In this document: positions 12,601 to 24,569 of the stretch, in pieces
Position numbering within the stretch: the stretch's first letter is position 1
Layout of the letters: each line of letters starts with the position of its first letter
Assembly: GCA_002269645.1 (NCBI GenBank)
Contig: NIVC01002652.1
Location: 1 to 64,000 of the forward strand
Reading direction: 5' to 3'
Length of the DNA stretch: 64,000 nucleotides
Source: Macrostomum lignano
Taxonomy: Eukaryota
The notes under the pieces: generated by a model
Told to the model about the DNA's origin: nothing
Database searches by the model: none
Seen by the model: only the letters and a program-made list of their open reading frames with translations
Program-made: the position numbers and the translations under genes

Positions 12601-15600
12601 AACTATTCTAAGCGCAATTAATAATATCAGTTTTGCTGTCTATTATTTATTTTGATATCAATTTTTTCTGAATCTAAAATTTATTTACCACAACAGTCTC
12701 TTTCTTGTGCGTGCGTTTGTGCGTTTTAATTTTTTTATTTATATTTCGTTTCAACTTCTAAGCCTTGGTTTCCGTTTTCTGAATCTATTAATACTGTAGA
12801 CATTAACACTACAGAGGGACTTCTAGACACCTAGACTAGTCCAGGTGTCTAAGAGGTCCATGCAAAGAATTTCTGCATGACCGCAGTCCCCATTTGGGAA
12901 GGTTGGGCTGTAGGGTAACCACCATGGCTACAGCTCAATCCCATAGGAAGACCCGGAAAGTTTAAAAAATTACCCATTGAAAAAACTGTTTCCTGCAATC
13001 CAGGTTTTTAGCTTAAGGTGTCCATGAGCCTGACCCGAGCCGCCCGCCCCCGTATTGCAGAAGGAGGCCCGTGGCAGTGTCACGCTAAAAATTGTGCCCA
13101 GCTACAGGAATCACCCGATGCAGTGCGAGGTAATTAAATTATATTCAATATTTCTAACTCGCTACTGCCGGTAGTCTGGTGCAAGCTACGAGTAGTATAG
13201 AAAAATTAGAGAGAATTTAGTGTAAATTGCATCATTCTTAGTTTTCTACTTCTACTTCTACTTATTAGTCTTTTCGATACATATCGGCAAAACCTAGTTT
13301 TAAAACGCGCACAATATGCTCGAATTTTCTGCACCGCATGCAGTTCTGTTGCGATTTCTTCTTCTACTGCCATTATTAATTTTGATTTAGTAATAGTTCT
13401 GTTTGGAAGCATGTCGGGATTAAGGAACTTATTCTAGTGTCTTGGGTGCACAGTGCAGTAGATCAAATGTGATCATTCTTATCCTCTCACTTCCCCTCCT
13501 TTCCCCTCACTTCCCTTTCTCAATTCCCCTCTGACTTCCCTCTCACTTCCCCTCTCACCTCTCCTCTCACATCTCCCCTTACTTCCCCTATCACACCCCC
13601 TCTCACATCCCCTCTCACTTCCCCTCTCACTTCCCCTCTCACTTCCCCTCTCACCTCCCCTCTCACTTCCCCTCTCACCTCCCCTCTCACTTCCCCTCTC
13701 ACCTCCCCTCTCACTTCCCCTCTCACCTCCCCTCTCACTTCCCCTCTCACCTCCCCTCTCACCTCCCCTCTCACTTCCCCTCTCACCTCCCCTCTCACTT
13801 CCCCTCTCACTTCCCCTCTCACCTCCCCTCTCACTTCCCCTCTCACCTCCCCTCTCACATCCCCTCTCACATCCCTCTCACTTCCCCTCTCACCTCCCCT
13901 CTCACTTCCCCTCTCACCTCCCTCTCACCTCCCCTCTCACTTCCCCTCTCACTTCCCCTCTCACTTCCCCTCTCACCTCCCCTCTCACCTCCCCTCTCAC
14001 ATCCCCTCTCACATCCCCTCTCACCTCCCCTCTCACTTCCCCTCTCACTTCCCCTCTCACTTCCCCTCTCACCTCCCCTCTCACCTCCCCTCTCACATCC
14101 CCTCTCACCTCCCCTCTCACTTCCCCTCTCACCTCCCCTCTCACTTCCCCTCTCACCTCCCCTCTCACTTCCCCTCTCACCTCCCCTCTCACTTCCCCTC
14201 TCACCTCCCCTCTCACCTCCCCTCTCACTTCCCCTCTCACCTCCCCTCTCACTTCCCCTCTCACTTCCCCTCTCACCTCCCCTCTCACTTCCCCTCTCAC
14301 CTCCCCTCTCACATCCCCTCTCACATCCCTCTCACTTCCCCTCTCACCTCCCCTCTCACTTCCCCTCTCACCTCCCCTCTCACCTCCTCTCTCACTTCCC
14401 CTCTCACTTCCCCTCTCACTTCCCCTCTCACCTCCCCTCTCACCTCCCCTCTCACATCCCCTCTCACATCCCCTCTCACCTCCCCTCTCACTTCCCCTCT
14501 CACTTCCCCTCTCACTTCCCCTCTCACCTCCCCTCTCACCTCCCCTCTCACATCCCCTCTCACATCCCCTCTCACTTCCCCTCTCACTTCCCCTCTCACT
14601 TCCCTTCTCACTTCCCCTCTCACTTCCCCTATTTCTCAGCTCTCCCAACCCTTCTTCGTCACTCTCATCTCTCCCGTTCCAAATCCCAGCCTTCTTCCTC
14701 TCCCCTCCCCCGTGTTTCATCCGCAGATCTACGTGAAGGCGATGTTCAACTACAGCCCAGACGAGGACGATCTGAACCCCTGCCCCAGGCTGGCATTCGG
14801 TTCCGCGTTGGCGACATCCTGCAGGTGATCAGCAAGGACGATCATAACTGGTGGCAGGTGAGCCGGCCAATATCGCTTTTTCGTGTCCGGAGTGGGCAGA
14901 ATCGGATTCTATAACACAATTTTTATTCTTATTGTTGAATTAAATAGGAAGCAAGAAATTTGGTCGTATTTGCCAAAGTTTCCTCAAAATTATTTCAGTT
15001 TCTTACTACCCTACTTATGAATGAAACAAGTAGGCTATATCGCGCATATTTTGCGAAATTTCTACCAAAATAGCTTTCAGTTTCTTACTACCCTACTTAG
15101 GAATGAAACAGTAGGCTATGGTGAATATTTCAGTCTCGAATTTCATTACCCAAACAAAACGCGCTCTCGCCAGGCTCGCGAGTGGAACGCGCCGCCGGGC
15201 ACGCCGGCCAGTTTGATTCCCTCGCCCGAGCTGCAGGAATGGCGCACCGCCTGCAGCGCTATCGAGCGCGCCAAAAAGGACACGGTGAACTGCACGGGCC
15301 TGTTCTCCTTTGCCAGGCGGGGCAAGCACCGGAGCGGTGCCGCTTCCAAGCAGGCGGTTGGCGCCACCCTCGATCAGCTGGAGATGGTCACCTACGAGGA
15401 GGTCGTTCACTTGGCCAATTTCCGCAGGAAGACCCTGGTGCTGCTCGGAGCGCACGGGGTGGGCAGGCGGCACATCAAGAATACGCTGATCCAGGCCTCG
15501 CCAGACAGATACGCCTACCCCATTCCGCGTTAGTGCCTGCCGTGTCTTGTGTCCTGGCTTTGATAAGCTCGCTCAGCTAGCTAGTCTCTTCTGCCTGATG

Positions 15601-17574
15601 CCATCCAATCAGCCCGCATTGCACCCCATCTACCGGCACCCCATCTACAGGCACCCCATCTACAGGCACCCCATCTACAGGCACCCCATCTACCGGCACC
15701 CCATCTACAGGCACCCCATCTACAGGCACCCCATCTACAGGCACCCCATCTACAGGCATCCCATCTACAAACACCCATCTACAGGCATCCCATCAACAGG
15801 CACCCCATCTACAGGCACCCCATCAACAGGCACCCCATCTACAGGCACCCCATCTACAGGCACCCCATCTACAGGCACCCCATCTACAGGCACCCCATCT
15901 ACCGGCACCCCATCTACAGGCACCCCATCTACAGGCACCCCATCTACAGGCACCCCATCTACAGGCACCCCATCTACAGGCACCCCATCTACAGGCACCC
16001 CATCTACAGGCACCCCATCTACAGGCACCTCATCTACAGGCACCCCATCTACAGGCACCCCATCTACAGGCACCCCATCTACAGGCACCCCATCTACAGG
16101 CACCCCAACTACAGGCACCACATCTACAGGCACCCATCTACAGGCACCCCATCTACAGGCACCCCATCTACAGGCACCTCATCTACAGGCACCCCATCTA
16201 CAGGCACCCCATCTACAGGCACCCCATCCACAGGCACCCCATCTACATGTACAGGCACCCCATCTACAGGCACCCCATCTACAGGCACCCCATCTACAGG
16301 CACCCCATCTACAGGCACCCCATCTACAGGCACCTCATCTACAAACGCCCATCTACAGGCACCACATCTACAGGCACCCCATCTACAGGCACCCCATCTA
16401 CAGGCACCTCATCTACAGGCACCCCATCTAGAGGCACCCATCTACAGGCACCCCATCTACAGGCACCCCATCTACAGGCACCCATCTACAGGCACCCCAT
16501 CTACAGGCACCCCATCTACAGGCACCCCATCTACAGGCACCCCATCTACAGACACCCCATCTACAGCTACCTCATCCTCCCCACGCCCACCCGCAGACAC
16601 CACCCGGCCGCCCAACAAGAACGAGGTGAACGGGCGCAATTACTTCTTCGTCAGCCGCGAGGAGATGATGCGCGACATCACTAACAATGAATATTTGGAG
16701 TACGGCACGCACGAGGACGCGATGTACGGGACCAAACTGGACACGATCCGCGACATTCACCGGCAGGGCAAGATTGCCATTCTCGACGTTGAACCGCAGG
16801 CGTTGCGCGTCCTTCGAACAGCGGAATTTGCGCCGTTTGTCGCTTTCATCGCCGCTCCGGAGCTCAGCGCTATGAGCGACGTTCACGGCCTCAATGTGAG
16901 TCGCCCCGAGATCGTCTTCGAATTCACACGTTTTATTTCACAACCGATTCAGCTACTTTAAGTAGGCTGTTTAAGACCAAACCTCTATCTTAAGACTTTA
17001 AATCTTCTAGGATGTGATATTCTAGGATGTGAATCTTCTAGGATGTGAATCATGTAGTGTGTGAATCTTCTAGGATGTGAATCTTCTAGGATCTGAATCT
17101 TCTAGGATGTGAATCTTCTAGGATGTGAATCTTCTAGGATGTGAATCTTCTAGGATGTGAATCTTCTAGGATGTGAATCTTTTAGGATGTCAATCTTCTA
17201 GGGTGTGAATCGTCTAGGATGTGAATCTTCTAAGGTGTGAATTTTTTAGGGTGTGAAGCTTCTTAGGTGTGAATCTTCTGGAGTGTGAGTCTTTGAGAAT
17301 ATGCTAATTCCAGAATGCTTTTTAGGTAGGCGAATCTTCGAAATGCGGTGAATGCTTGTGCGAATCCCCATGACGCCACCCTCCCCCCTCCCGCCAGGAC
17401 GGCAGTCTGGAGCGGCTGGCCAAGGAGAGCGAGCTGCTGGAGCGTCAGTACGGTCACTACTTCGATCTGAAAATTGTTAACAACGACATTGAGGAGACCA
17501 TTGGACAGTTGAGGCAGTGGATCGACCAGGTGCAGACCAAGCCGCAATGGATACCTGTCAATTGGGTCTACTGA
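608..17574 (+). CDS. CASK: Peripheral plasma membrane protein CASK/LIN-2 (CaMK-like pseudokinase, 2x L27, PDZ, SH3, guanylate kinase); 5' exons lie upstream of the window
   Basis: Exons read by hand with GT-AG ends: 608-684, 775-950, 3736-3911, 4286-4601, 7761-7879, 7955-8131, 9020-9202, 9575-9653, 9969-10054, 13061-13129 (or 12285-12371), 14727-14857, 15174-15528, 16597-16895, 17398-17574 (TGA). Diagnostic CASK motifs: HRDLKPHC and KLGGFG (GFG in place of DFG), AVLDSLEEI (L27), [19 protein letters not shown] / [26 protein letters not shown] (PDZ), KDDHNWWQ (SH3), [18 protein letters not shown] and [14 protein letters not shown] (GK), C-terminal [10 protein letters not shown]. One base is missing near 620 and one near 14785. 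Confidence 0.96.
1468..1700. repeat. Degenerate 15-16-bp minisatellite
   Basis: CCATCAGATTCCCCAC-type units. Confidence 0.85.
4700..5257. repeat. About 89-bp tandem repeat
   Basis: AGTAGCAATAAAATGGTGTTGACTGGACAG... recurs at 4981 and 5070, with about 6 copies in total. Confidence 0.9.
5694..6605. repeat. 22-bp minisatellite
   Basis: Unit AATCATCATGCTAGTTACTGAC, about 40 copies. Confidence 0.95.
7190..7685. repeat. 28-bp minisatellite
   Basis: Unit CCTCCCAGATCCTCAGTTGCTGGGCCAG. Confidence 0.95.
8349..8942. repeat. 33-bp minisatellite
   Basis: Unit ACCGGAAGTGCGTTTTGAATATGTAGGACAGAA, about 18 copies. Confidence 0.95.
9228..9550. repeat. 24-bp minisatellite in the CASK PDZ intron
   Basis: Unit CACTCCCTGACCCACCAGTTTGTT, about 13 copies. 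Confidence 0.95.
10400..10685. repeat. About 81-bp tandem repeat, 4 copies
   Basis: CCAATCTAGCTCAGCCAATGAGAGAGCAGTAAGG recurs near 10405, 10486, 10569 and 10649. Confidence 0.85.
11485..12195. repeat. 39/40-bp minisatellite
   Basis: Unit CTCTCTGATTGGTCAGTGATAAGAATTGAAGGCATGGGA, with an alternating 40-bp variant. Confidence 0.9.
12285..12371 (+). CDS. CASK: Putative alternative (duplicated) CASK PDZ C-terminal exon
   Basis: ctttgcag|AAG...GAG|gtaaca, 87 nt, phase 0-0. Encodes [29 protein letters not shown], which aligns to the canonical exon 13061-13129 [23 protein letters not shown] from the same 5' boundary. Confidence 0.7.
13480..14630. repeat. 12-bp pyrimidine-rich minisatellite
   Basis: Unit CCCCTCTCACTT/CCT, about 90 copies. 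Confidence 0.95.
15620..16565. repeat. 15-bp minisatellite
   Basis: Unit ACAGGCACCCCATCT. Confidence 0.95.
17020..17280. repeat. 16-bp minisatellite
   Basis: Unit GATGTGAATCTTCTAG. Confidence 0.9.
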
Positions 17575-17899
17575 CATGATTGGAGAGGCCGACTGCCTGT
17601 CTCTGCTGTTGTATAGTTTCTGTTTATTTGCTTTTCCATATTAGTGCGATTGACAGGTGGCTGCTTGAGCCGCCCAGGAGGGGCAGGGGGCTCGGCTAAT
17701 GCTGGCCCGCGACCCCTGCAATTATTGTGGCAGCTGCTTGTCCGCGCGAATCTGCCGCTTCTAGTGGATTTTTGATGCGGCGCGAACTTTTTTCTGTTCC
17801 GTTCTTGTCCTTACCGAATTCTTCTTCTGCGAAGTGCAATGCCGAACATGCAAGGTTTGCTTTTTTGTGCTTGACTTTGGCTTGTTTTGTACTCTGGTT

Positions 17900-18975
17900 A
17901 GACACAATGATGCGGTCCATCTATCTGTGTCCTTGAATGAACACAATGATGCGGTCCATCTATCTGTGTCCTTGAATGAACACAATGATGCGGTCCAGCT
18001 ATATGTGTCCTTGAATGAACACAATGATGCGGTCCAGCTATCTGTGTCCTTGAATGAACACAATGATGCGGTCCAGCTATCTGTGTCCTTGAATGAACAC
18101 AATGATGCGGTCCAGATATCTGTGTCCTTGAATGAACACAATGATGCGGTCCAGCTATTTGTGTCCTTGAATGAACACAATGATGCGGTCCAGCTATCTG
18201 TGTCCTTGAATGAACACAATGATGCGGTCCAGCTATCTGTGTCCTTGAATGAACACAATGATGCGGTCCAGCTATCTGTGTCCTTGAATGAACACAATGA
18301 TGCGGTCCAGTTATCTGTGTCCTTGAATGAACACAATGATGCGGTCCAGCTATCTGTGTCCTTGAATGAACACAATGATGCGGTCCAGTTATCTGTGTCC
18401 TTGAATGAACACAATGATGCGGTCCAGCTATCTGTGTCCTTGAATGAACACAATGATGCGGTCCAGTTATCTGTGTCCTTGAATGAACACAATGATGCGG
18501 TCCAGCTATCTGTGTCCTTGAATGAACACAATGATGCGGTCCAGCTATCTGTGTCCGTGAATGAACACAATGATGCGGTCCAGCTATCTGTGTCCTTGAA
18601 TGAACACAATGATGCGGTCCAGCTATCTGTGTCCTTGAATGAACACAATGATGCGGTCCAGCTATCTGTGTCCGTGAATGAACACAATGATGCGGTCCAG
18701 CTATCTGTGTCCTTGAATGAACACAATGATGCGGTCCAGCTATCTGTGTCCGTGAATGAACACAATGATGCGGTCCAGCTATCTGTGTCCTTGAATGAAC
18801 ACAATGATGCGGTCCAGCTATCTGTGTCCGTGAATGAACACAATGATGCGGTCCAGCTATCTGTGTCCTTGAATGAACACAATGATGCGGTCCAGCTATC
18901 TGTGTCCTTGAATGAACACAATGATGCGGTCCAGCTATCTGTGTCCTTGAATGAACACAATGATGCGGTCCAGTT
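17900..18975. repeat. 39-bp minisatellite
   Basis: Unit ACACAATGATGCGGTCCAGCTATCTGTGTCCTTGAATGA, about 27 copies. Confidence 0.95.
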
Positions 18976-19349
18976 CTTGAACATTGTGCTAACCTGTGAT
19001 CGAATTGCATAAAGGCTTGACAGATGTCCTCTACGCAATTTATATGGAGCCTCGGGGAAAAATTTTGGCATTAAAGAAGTTCGTATTGATTAGCAGAAAA
19101 TTTGAAGCTTAATTATTATCTAAGTTAGGATGAGTTCAATCGATCACGTACTCCTTCTTTGATGTCAGCAACTCCCTCATCTGTACGCGCCCAGGCCTTT
19201 ACTTGTTGTTAATTTTAGTCTATTTTTACCTTCTGGCCATCAAAATTAGACAACCGAGCTGCCTCATATTGGAATTTCGACGCGTGCGTGCAAGTTTTGG
19301 AATTCATCTATAAGTATGTCATAGTAGTGCAGGGCTCGGTAACATTTTA

Positions 19350-19860
19350 TGAGATCTTATCTCATCTATCTCAGATCTTATCTCATCTATCTCAGATCTT
19401 ATCTCATCTGTCTCAGATCTTATCTCATCTATTTCAGATCTTATCTCATCTATCTCAGATCTTATCTCATCTGTCTCAGATCTTATCTCATCTGTCTCAG
19501 ATCTTATCTCATCTATTTCAGATCTTATCTCATCTATCTCGGATCTTATCTCATCTATCTCGGATCTTATCTCATCTATCTCAGATCTTATCTCATCTAT
19601 CTCAGATCTTATCTCATCTATCTCAGATCTTATCTCATCTATCTCAGATCTTATCTCATCTATCTCAGATCTTATCTCATCTATCTCAGATCTTATCTCA
19701 TCTATCTCAGATCTTATCTCATCTATCTCAGATCTTATCTCATCTATCTCAGATCTTATCTCATCTATCTCAGATTGTATCGCATCTATCTCGGATTCTT
19801 ATCTCGTGTATCTCAGATCTAATCTCATGTATCTCAGATTTGAAGATGAAATAAGATCTC
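19350..19860. repeat. 21-bp minisatellite
   Basis: Unit AGATCTTATCTCATCTATCTC. Confidence 0.95.
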
Positions 19861-20574
19861 ATTCGTGCCGAATTTCACCTCGGTCTTGGGTTCCATCTCG
19901 AATCTCTATCTCTCTGTTCATTTCCTGACTTTTCCTGCCGCGGCAGCTCTCTTATAATCAACTACCAGCTGTCTCTTCTTCATCGCCCAGCATCTTAAGA
20001 GCCGTCCCTTGTCCGCAGCCCACTCAGCCTCTACGCTACCCTGTCCGCGGTCTGTCATCAAGCAGAATTATTCAATTTTTCCTTCTTTTCCTTCCTAGCC
20101 GAGCTCTGCTCCCATCGGTTCTGTTTTGATCCCCCGTTTTGCGTCATAAATATCTCGGCTTCCTCTCGGGTTGCTGACAGCCGGGCGGGTCACGCTATTC
20201 TATCGAACTCGTACAACCTATCGTCAGCTTTGATTACCTTAGCTGCCTGTCCGAATACACTGCTGTAATTATTGATTATGAAGCGCTGAACAAACTAATG
20301 CATCATGACTGACTTGCTTCTGTACATAGCCTGCTGACATAACATTGTTTGTGTTGTTAAAAGTTCGTTCTTAGAAATGCCAGAATCTAAATACATGTTT
20401 TAATGCATATTTGACGGTTTAGTTAAGGCATGGATGTGACCTCCTCAGCTACTCCGAAATTGTTCACTGATCAGTTGGTTTATTGTGTTGCCTTCCACTG
20501 CTTCGAAGTTTCACATCGTCGGGAAGTTTTGAGAAAAGTAATTTTTTATTTACAAAACTTCATGGTGGCGCGCT

Positions 20575-23560
20575 TGTGAAGCTTCTGGTTTGTGAAGATT
20601 CGAGCTTGTGAAGATTCGAGCTTGAGACGACTCGAGCTTGTGAAGATTCGAGCTTGTGAAGATTCGAGCTTGTGAGGATTCGAGCTTGTAAATATTCAAG
20701 CTTGTGAAGATTCGAGCTTGAGACGACTCGAGCTTGTGAAGATTCAAGCTTGTGAAGATTCGGGTTTGTGAAAATTCGAGCTTGTGAAGAAAATTCAAGT
20801 TTGTGACAATTCGAGCTTGTGAAGATTCAAGCTTGTGAAGATTCGAGCTTGTGAGGATTCGAGCTTGTGAAGATTCGAGCTTGTGAAGATTCGAGCTTGT
20901 AAAGATTCGAGCTTGTGAGGATTCGAGCTTGAGACGACTCGAGCTTGTGAAGATTCGAGCTTGTGAAGATTCGAGCTTGTGAATATTCGAGCTTGTGAAG
21001 ATTCGAGCTTGTGAAGATTCGGGTTTGTGACAATTCGAGCTTGTGAAGATTCGAGCTTGTGAAGATTCGAGCTTGTGAGGATTCGAGCTTATGAAGATTC
21101 GAGCTTGTGAAGATTCGAGCTTGTGAAGATTCGAGCTTGTGAGGATTCGAGCTTGTGAAGATTCGAGCTTGTGATGATTCGAGCTTGAGACGACTCGAGC
21201 TTGTGAAGATTCGAGCTTGTGAAGATTCGAGCTTGTGAAGATTCGAGCTTGTAAAGATTCGAGCTTGTGAGGATTCGAGCTTGAGACGACTCGAGCTTGT
21301 GAAGATTCGAGCTTGTGAATATTCGAGCTTGTGAAGATTCGGGTTTGTGACAATTCTAGCTTGTGAAGATTCGAGCTTGTGAAGATTCGAGCTTGTGAAG
21401 ATTCGAGCTTGTGAAGATTCGAGCTTGTGAAGATTCGGGTTTGTGAAGATTCGAGCTTGTGAAGATTCGAGCTTGTGAAGATTCGAGCTTGTGAAGATTC
21501 GGGTTTGTGAAAATTCGAGCTTGTGAAGAAAATTCAAGTTTGTGACAATTCGAGCTTGTGAAAATTCGAGCTTGTGAAGAAAATTCAAGTTTGTGAAAAT
21601 TCGAGCTTGTGAAGATTCGAGCTTGTGAAGATTCGAGCTTGTAAAGATTCGAGCTTGTGAGGATTCGAGCTTGAGACGACTCGAGCTTGTGAATATTCGA
21701 GCTTGTGAATATTCGAGCTTGTGAAAATTCGAGCTTGTGAAGATTCGAGCTTGTGAATATTCGAGCTTGTGAAGATTCGAGCTTGTGAATATTCGAGCTT
21801 GTAAAGATTCGAGCTTGTGAGGATTCGAGCTTGAGACGACTCGAGCTTGTGAAGATTCGAGCTTGTGAAGATTCGAGCTTGTGAATATTCGAGCTTGTGA
21901 AGATTCGAGCTTGTGAAGATTCGAGCTTGTGAGGATTCGAGCTTATGAAGATTCGAGCTTGTGAAGATTCGAGCTTGTGAAGATTCGAGCTTGTGAGGAT
22001 TCGAGCTTGTGAAGATTCGAGCTTGTGAATATTCGAGCTTGTGAAGATTCGAGCTTGTGAAGATTCGGGTTTGTGACAATTCGAGCTTGTGAAGATTCGA
22101 GCTTGTGAAGATTCGAGCTTGTGAATATTCGAGCTTGTGAAGATTCGAGCTTGTGAAGATTCGAGCTTGTGAAGATTCGAGCTTGTGAAGATTCGAGCTT
22201 GTGAAGCTTCGGGTTTGTGAAAATTCGAGCTTGTGAAGATTCGAGCTTATGAATATTCGAGCTTGTAAATATTCAAGCTTGTGAAGATTCGGTTTTGTGA
22301 AAATTCGAGCTTGTGAAGAAAATTCAAGTTTGTAACAATTCGAGCTTGTGAAGATTCGAGCTTGTGAAGATTCGAGCTTGTGGGGATTCGAGCTTATGAA
22401 GATTCGAGCTTGTGAGGATTCGAGCTTGTGAAGATTCGAGCTTGTGATGATTCGAGCTTGAGACGACTTGAGCTTGTGAAGATTCGAGCTTGTGAAGATT
22501 CGAGCTTGTGAGGATTCGAGCTTGTAAAGATTCGAGCTTGTGAGGATTCGAGCTTGTGAAGATTCGAGCTTGTGAAGATTCGGGTTTGTGACAATTCGAG
22601 CTTGTGAAGATTCGAGCTTGTGAAGATTCGAGCTTGTGAAGATTCGAGCTTGTGAAGATTCGAGCTTGTGAAGATTCGGGTTTGTGAAAATTCGAGCTTG
22701 TGAAGAAAATTCAAGTTTGTGACAATTCGAGCTTGTGAAGATTCGAGCTTGTGAAGCTTCGGGTTTGTGAAAATTCGAGCTTGTGAAGAAAATTCAAGTT
22801 TGTGACAATTCGAGCTTGTGAAGATTCGAGCTTGTGAAGATTCGAGCTTGTGAAGCTTCGGGTTTGTGAAAATTCGAGCTTGTGAAGATTCGAGCTTATG
22901 AATATTCGAGCTTGTAAATATTCAAGCTTGTGAAGATTCGGGTTTGTGAAAATTCGAGCTTGTGAAGAAAATTCAAGTTTGTGACAATTCGAGCTTGTGA
23001 AGATTCGAGCTTGTGAAGCTTCGGGTTTGTGAAAATTCGAGCTTGTGAAGAAAATTCAAGTTTGTGACAATTCGAGCTTGTGAAGATTCGAGCTTGTGAA
23101 GATTCGAGCTTGTGAAGCTTCGGGTTTGTGAAAATTCGAGCTTGTGAAGATTCGAGCTTATGAATATTCGAGCTTGTAAATATTCAAGCTTGTGAAGATT
23201 CGGGTTTGTGACAATTCTAGCTTGTGAAGATTCGAGCTTGTGAAGATTCGAGCTTGTGAAGATTCGAGCTTGTGAAGATTCGAGCTTGTGAGGATTCGAG
23301 CTTATGAAGATTCGAGCTTGTGAAGATTCGAGCTTGTGAAGATTCGAGCTTGTGAGGATTCGAGCTTGTGAAGATTCGAGCTTGTGATGATTCGAGCTTG
23401 AGACGACTCGAGCTTGTGAAGATTCGAGCTTGTGAAGATTCGAGCTTGTGAAGATTCGAGCTTGTGAAGATTCGAGCTTGTGAAGATTCGAGCTTGTGAA
23501 GATTCGAGCTTGTGAGAATTCAAGCTTGTGAAGCTTCGGGTTTGTGAAAATCAGAGCTTG
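20575..23560. repeat. 3-kb 16-bp satellite with higher-order variants
   Basis: Unit GAAGATTCGAGCTTGT, with recurring variant blocks GAGACGACTC and GAAGAAAATTCAAGTTTGTGACAA. Confidence 0.97.
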
Positions 23561-24569
23561 AGAAGCGTCCCCAGTTCCCGTTTCACATACTGCATGACCA
23601 GAGCCAGCCCAGCTGCTATTTTAGTTCAGACTTGGCACCGCCCACACACCAAAACGCGTGTAGCAAGGCAAGGTAGGCAATGCCGAATTCTGTAGTTACC
23701 ATGGCGGCAGTCGAAACTGCAAGCAAACCGCTTTGCGGAGGGGCGGCAGTTGGCTTTGGGCTGAGCTCGTTAATACCCGCCCACCGGATCTGCAGGTACG
23801 CCAGGGGGCCGGCAGCTGGTGATGAGGCGCCGAATTCTTAGTAAGAGGAAGAGTAGGATTATTAAGCAACTTGCTAATTAATCTGTTCGCTGGGACTATG
23901 AAGCAGATCCGTGCGGTCCGCAGCCGACAGCACTGCTTTCGCAGTTTCCTACATGCAGTGGCATGAAAGTTCTGTTTAGCCTACACAGTCACAGGCGTAA
24001 AATCTCAGAGCAGTCGTGGTCCATCATTCCACTGACCCTGAGCACTGGCTTGGCCCTGCTTTTGCAATGCGCGCGCTTGTGTGCCTGCTCAGGGGAGTCT
24101 GCGGAGTGGGCAGAAATGCTTCTCTCTCGCTGGTTGTGTGACAATGTCGCTTACAGTGCGCCAGGGTGCACACAGCCGCCTGTCTCTTATATCCGATGCA
24201 CATCTGGTGCGCATCCGGTGCACATCCGGTGCACATCCGGTGCACAAGCCCCATTCGAATGTGGCCGCGCGCGGAGTCGAATCCCCAGGGGTCGCGTCAC
24301 GAGAGCCAGACCCTTGCCCTATTTCGTACATGATTTGTTCCGTATTTTTAATTTTCCCACACAAAAAATGAAAAAGATGCTAATAAAATTGAAGTTTACG
24401 ACTGAATGGCATTTGACTTGCAAACAATCGCTCAGAATCTAGATTTGCATGTAGATACATGAACCAGACGAATGACTTCTGACTTTCACAAAAAACCCAA
24501 GTCAAAGGTAGGGAGGGTGTGACAGACAAGAGAAGTGCAACCAGTTAGACTTTAATCTCCAGAACTCCG

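Noticed and set aside
12832-12860. Near-perfect palindrome GACACCTAGACTAGTCCAGGTGTC between the two alternative PDZ exons
   Set aside because: It is short and single. It could influence exon choice but cannot be distinguished from chance or a TE remnant here.
17761-23588. Long ORFs (250-480 aa) with repeating peptides here and at 8175-9703, 13914-14720, 15547-16431, 25925-26555 and 49833-50535
   Set aside because: They are translations of stop-free minisatellites, open in several frames and on both strands, with no domain content.
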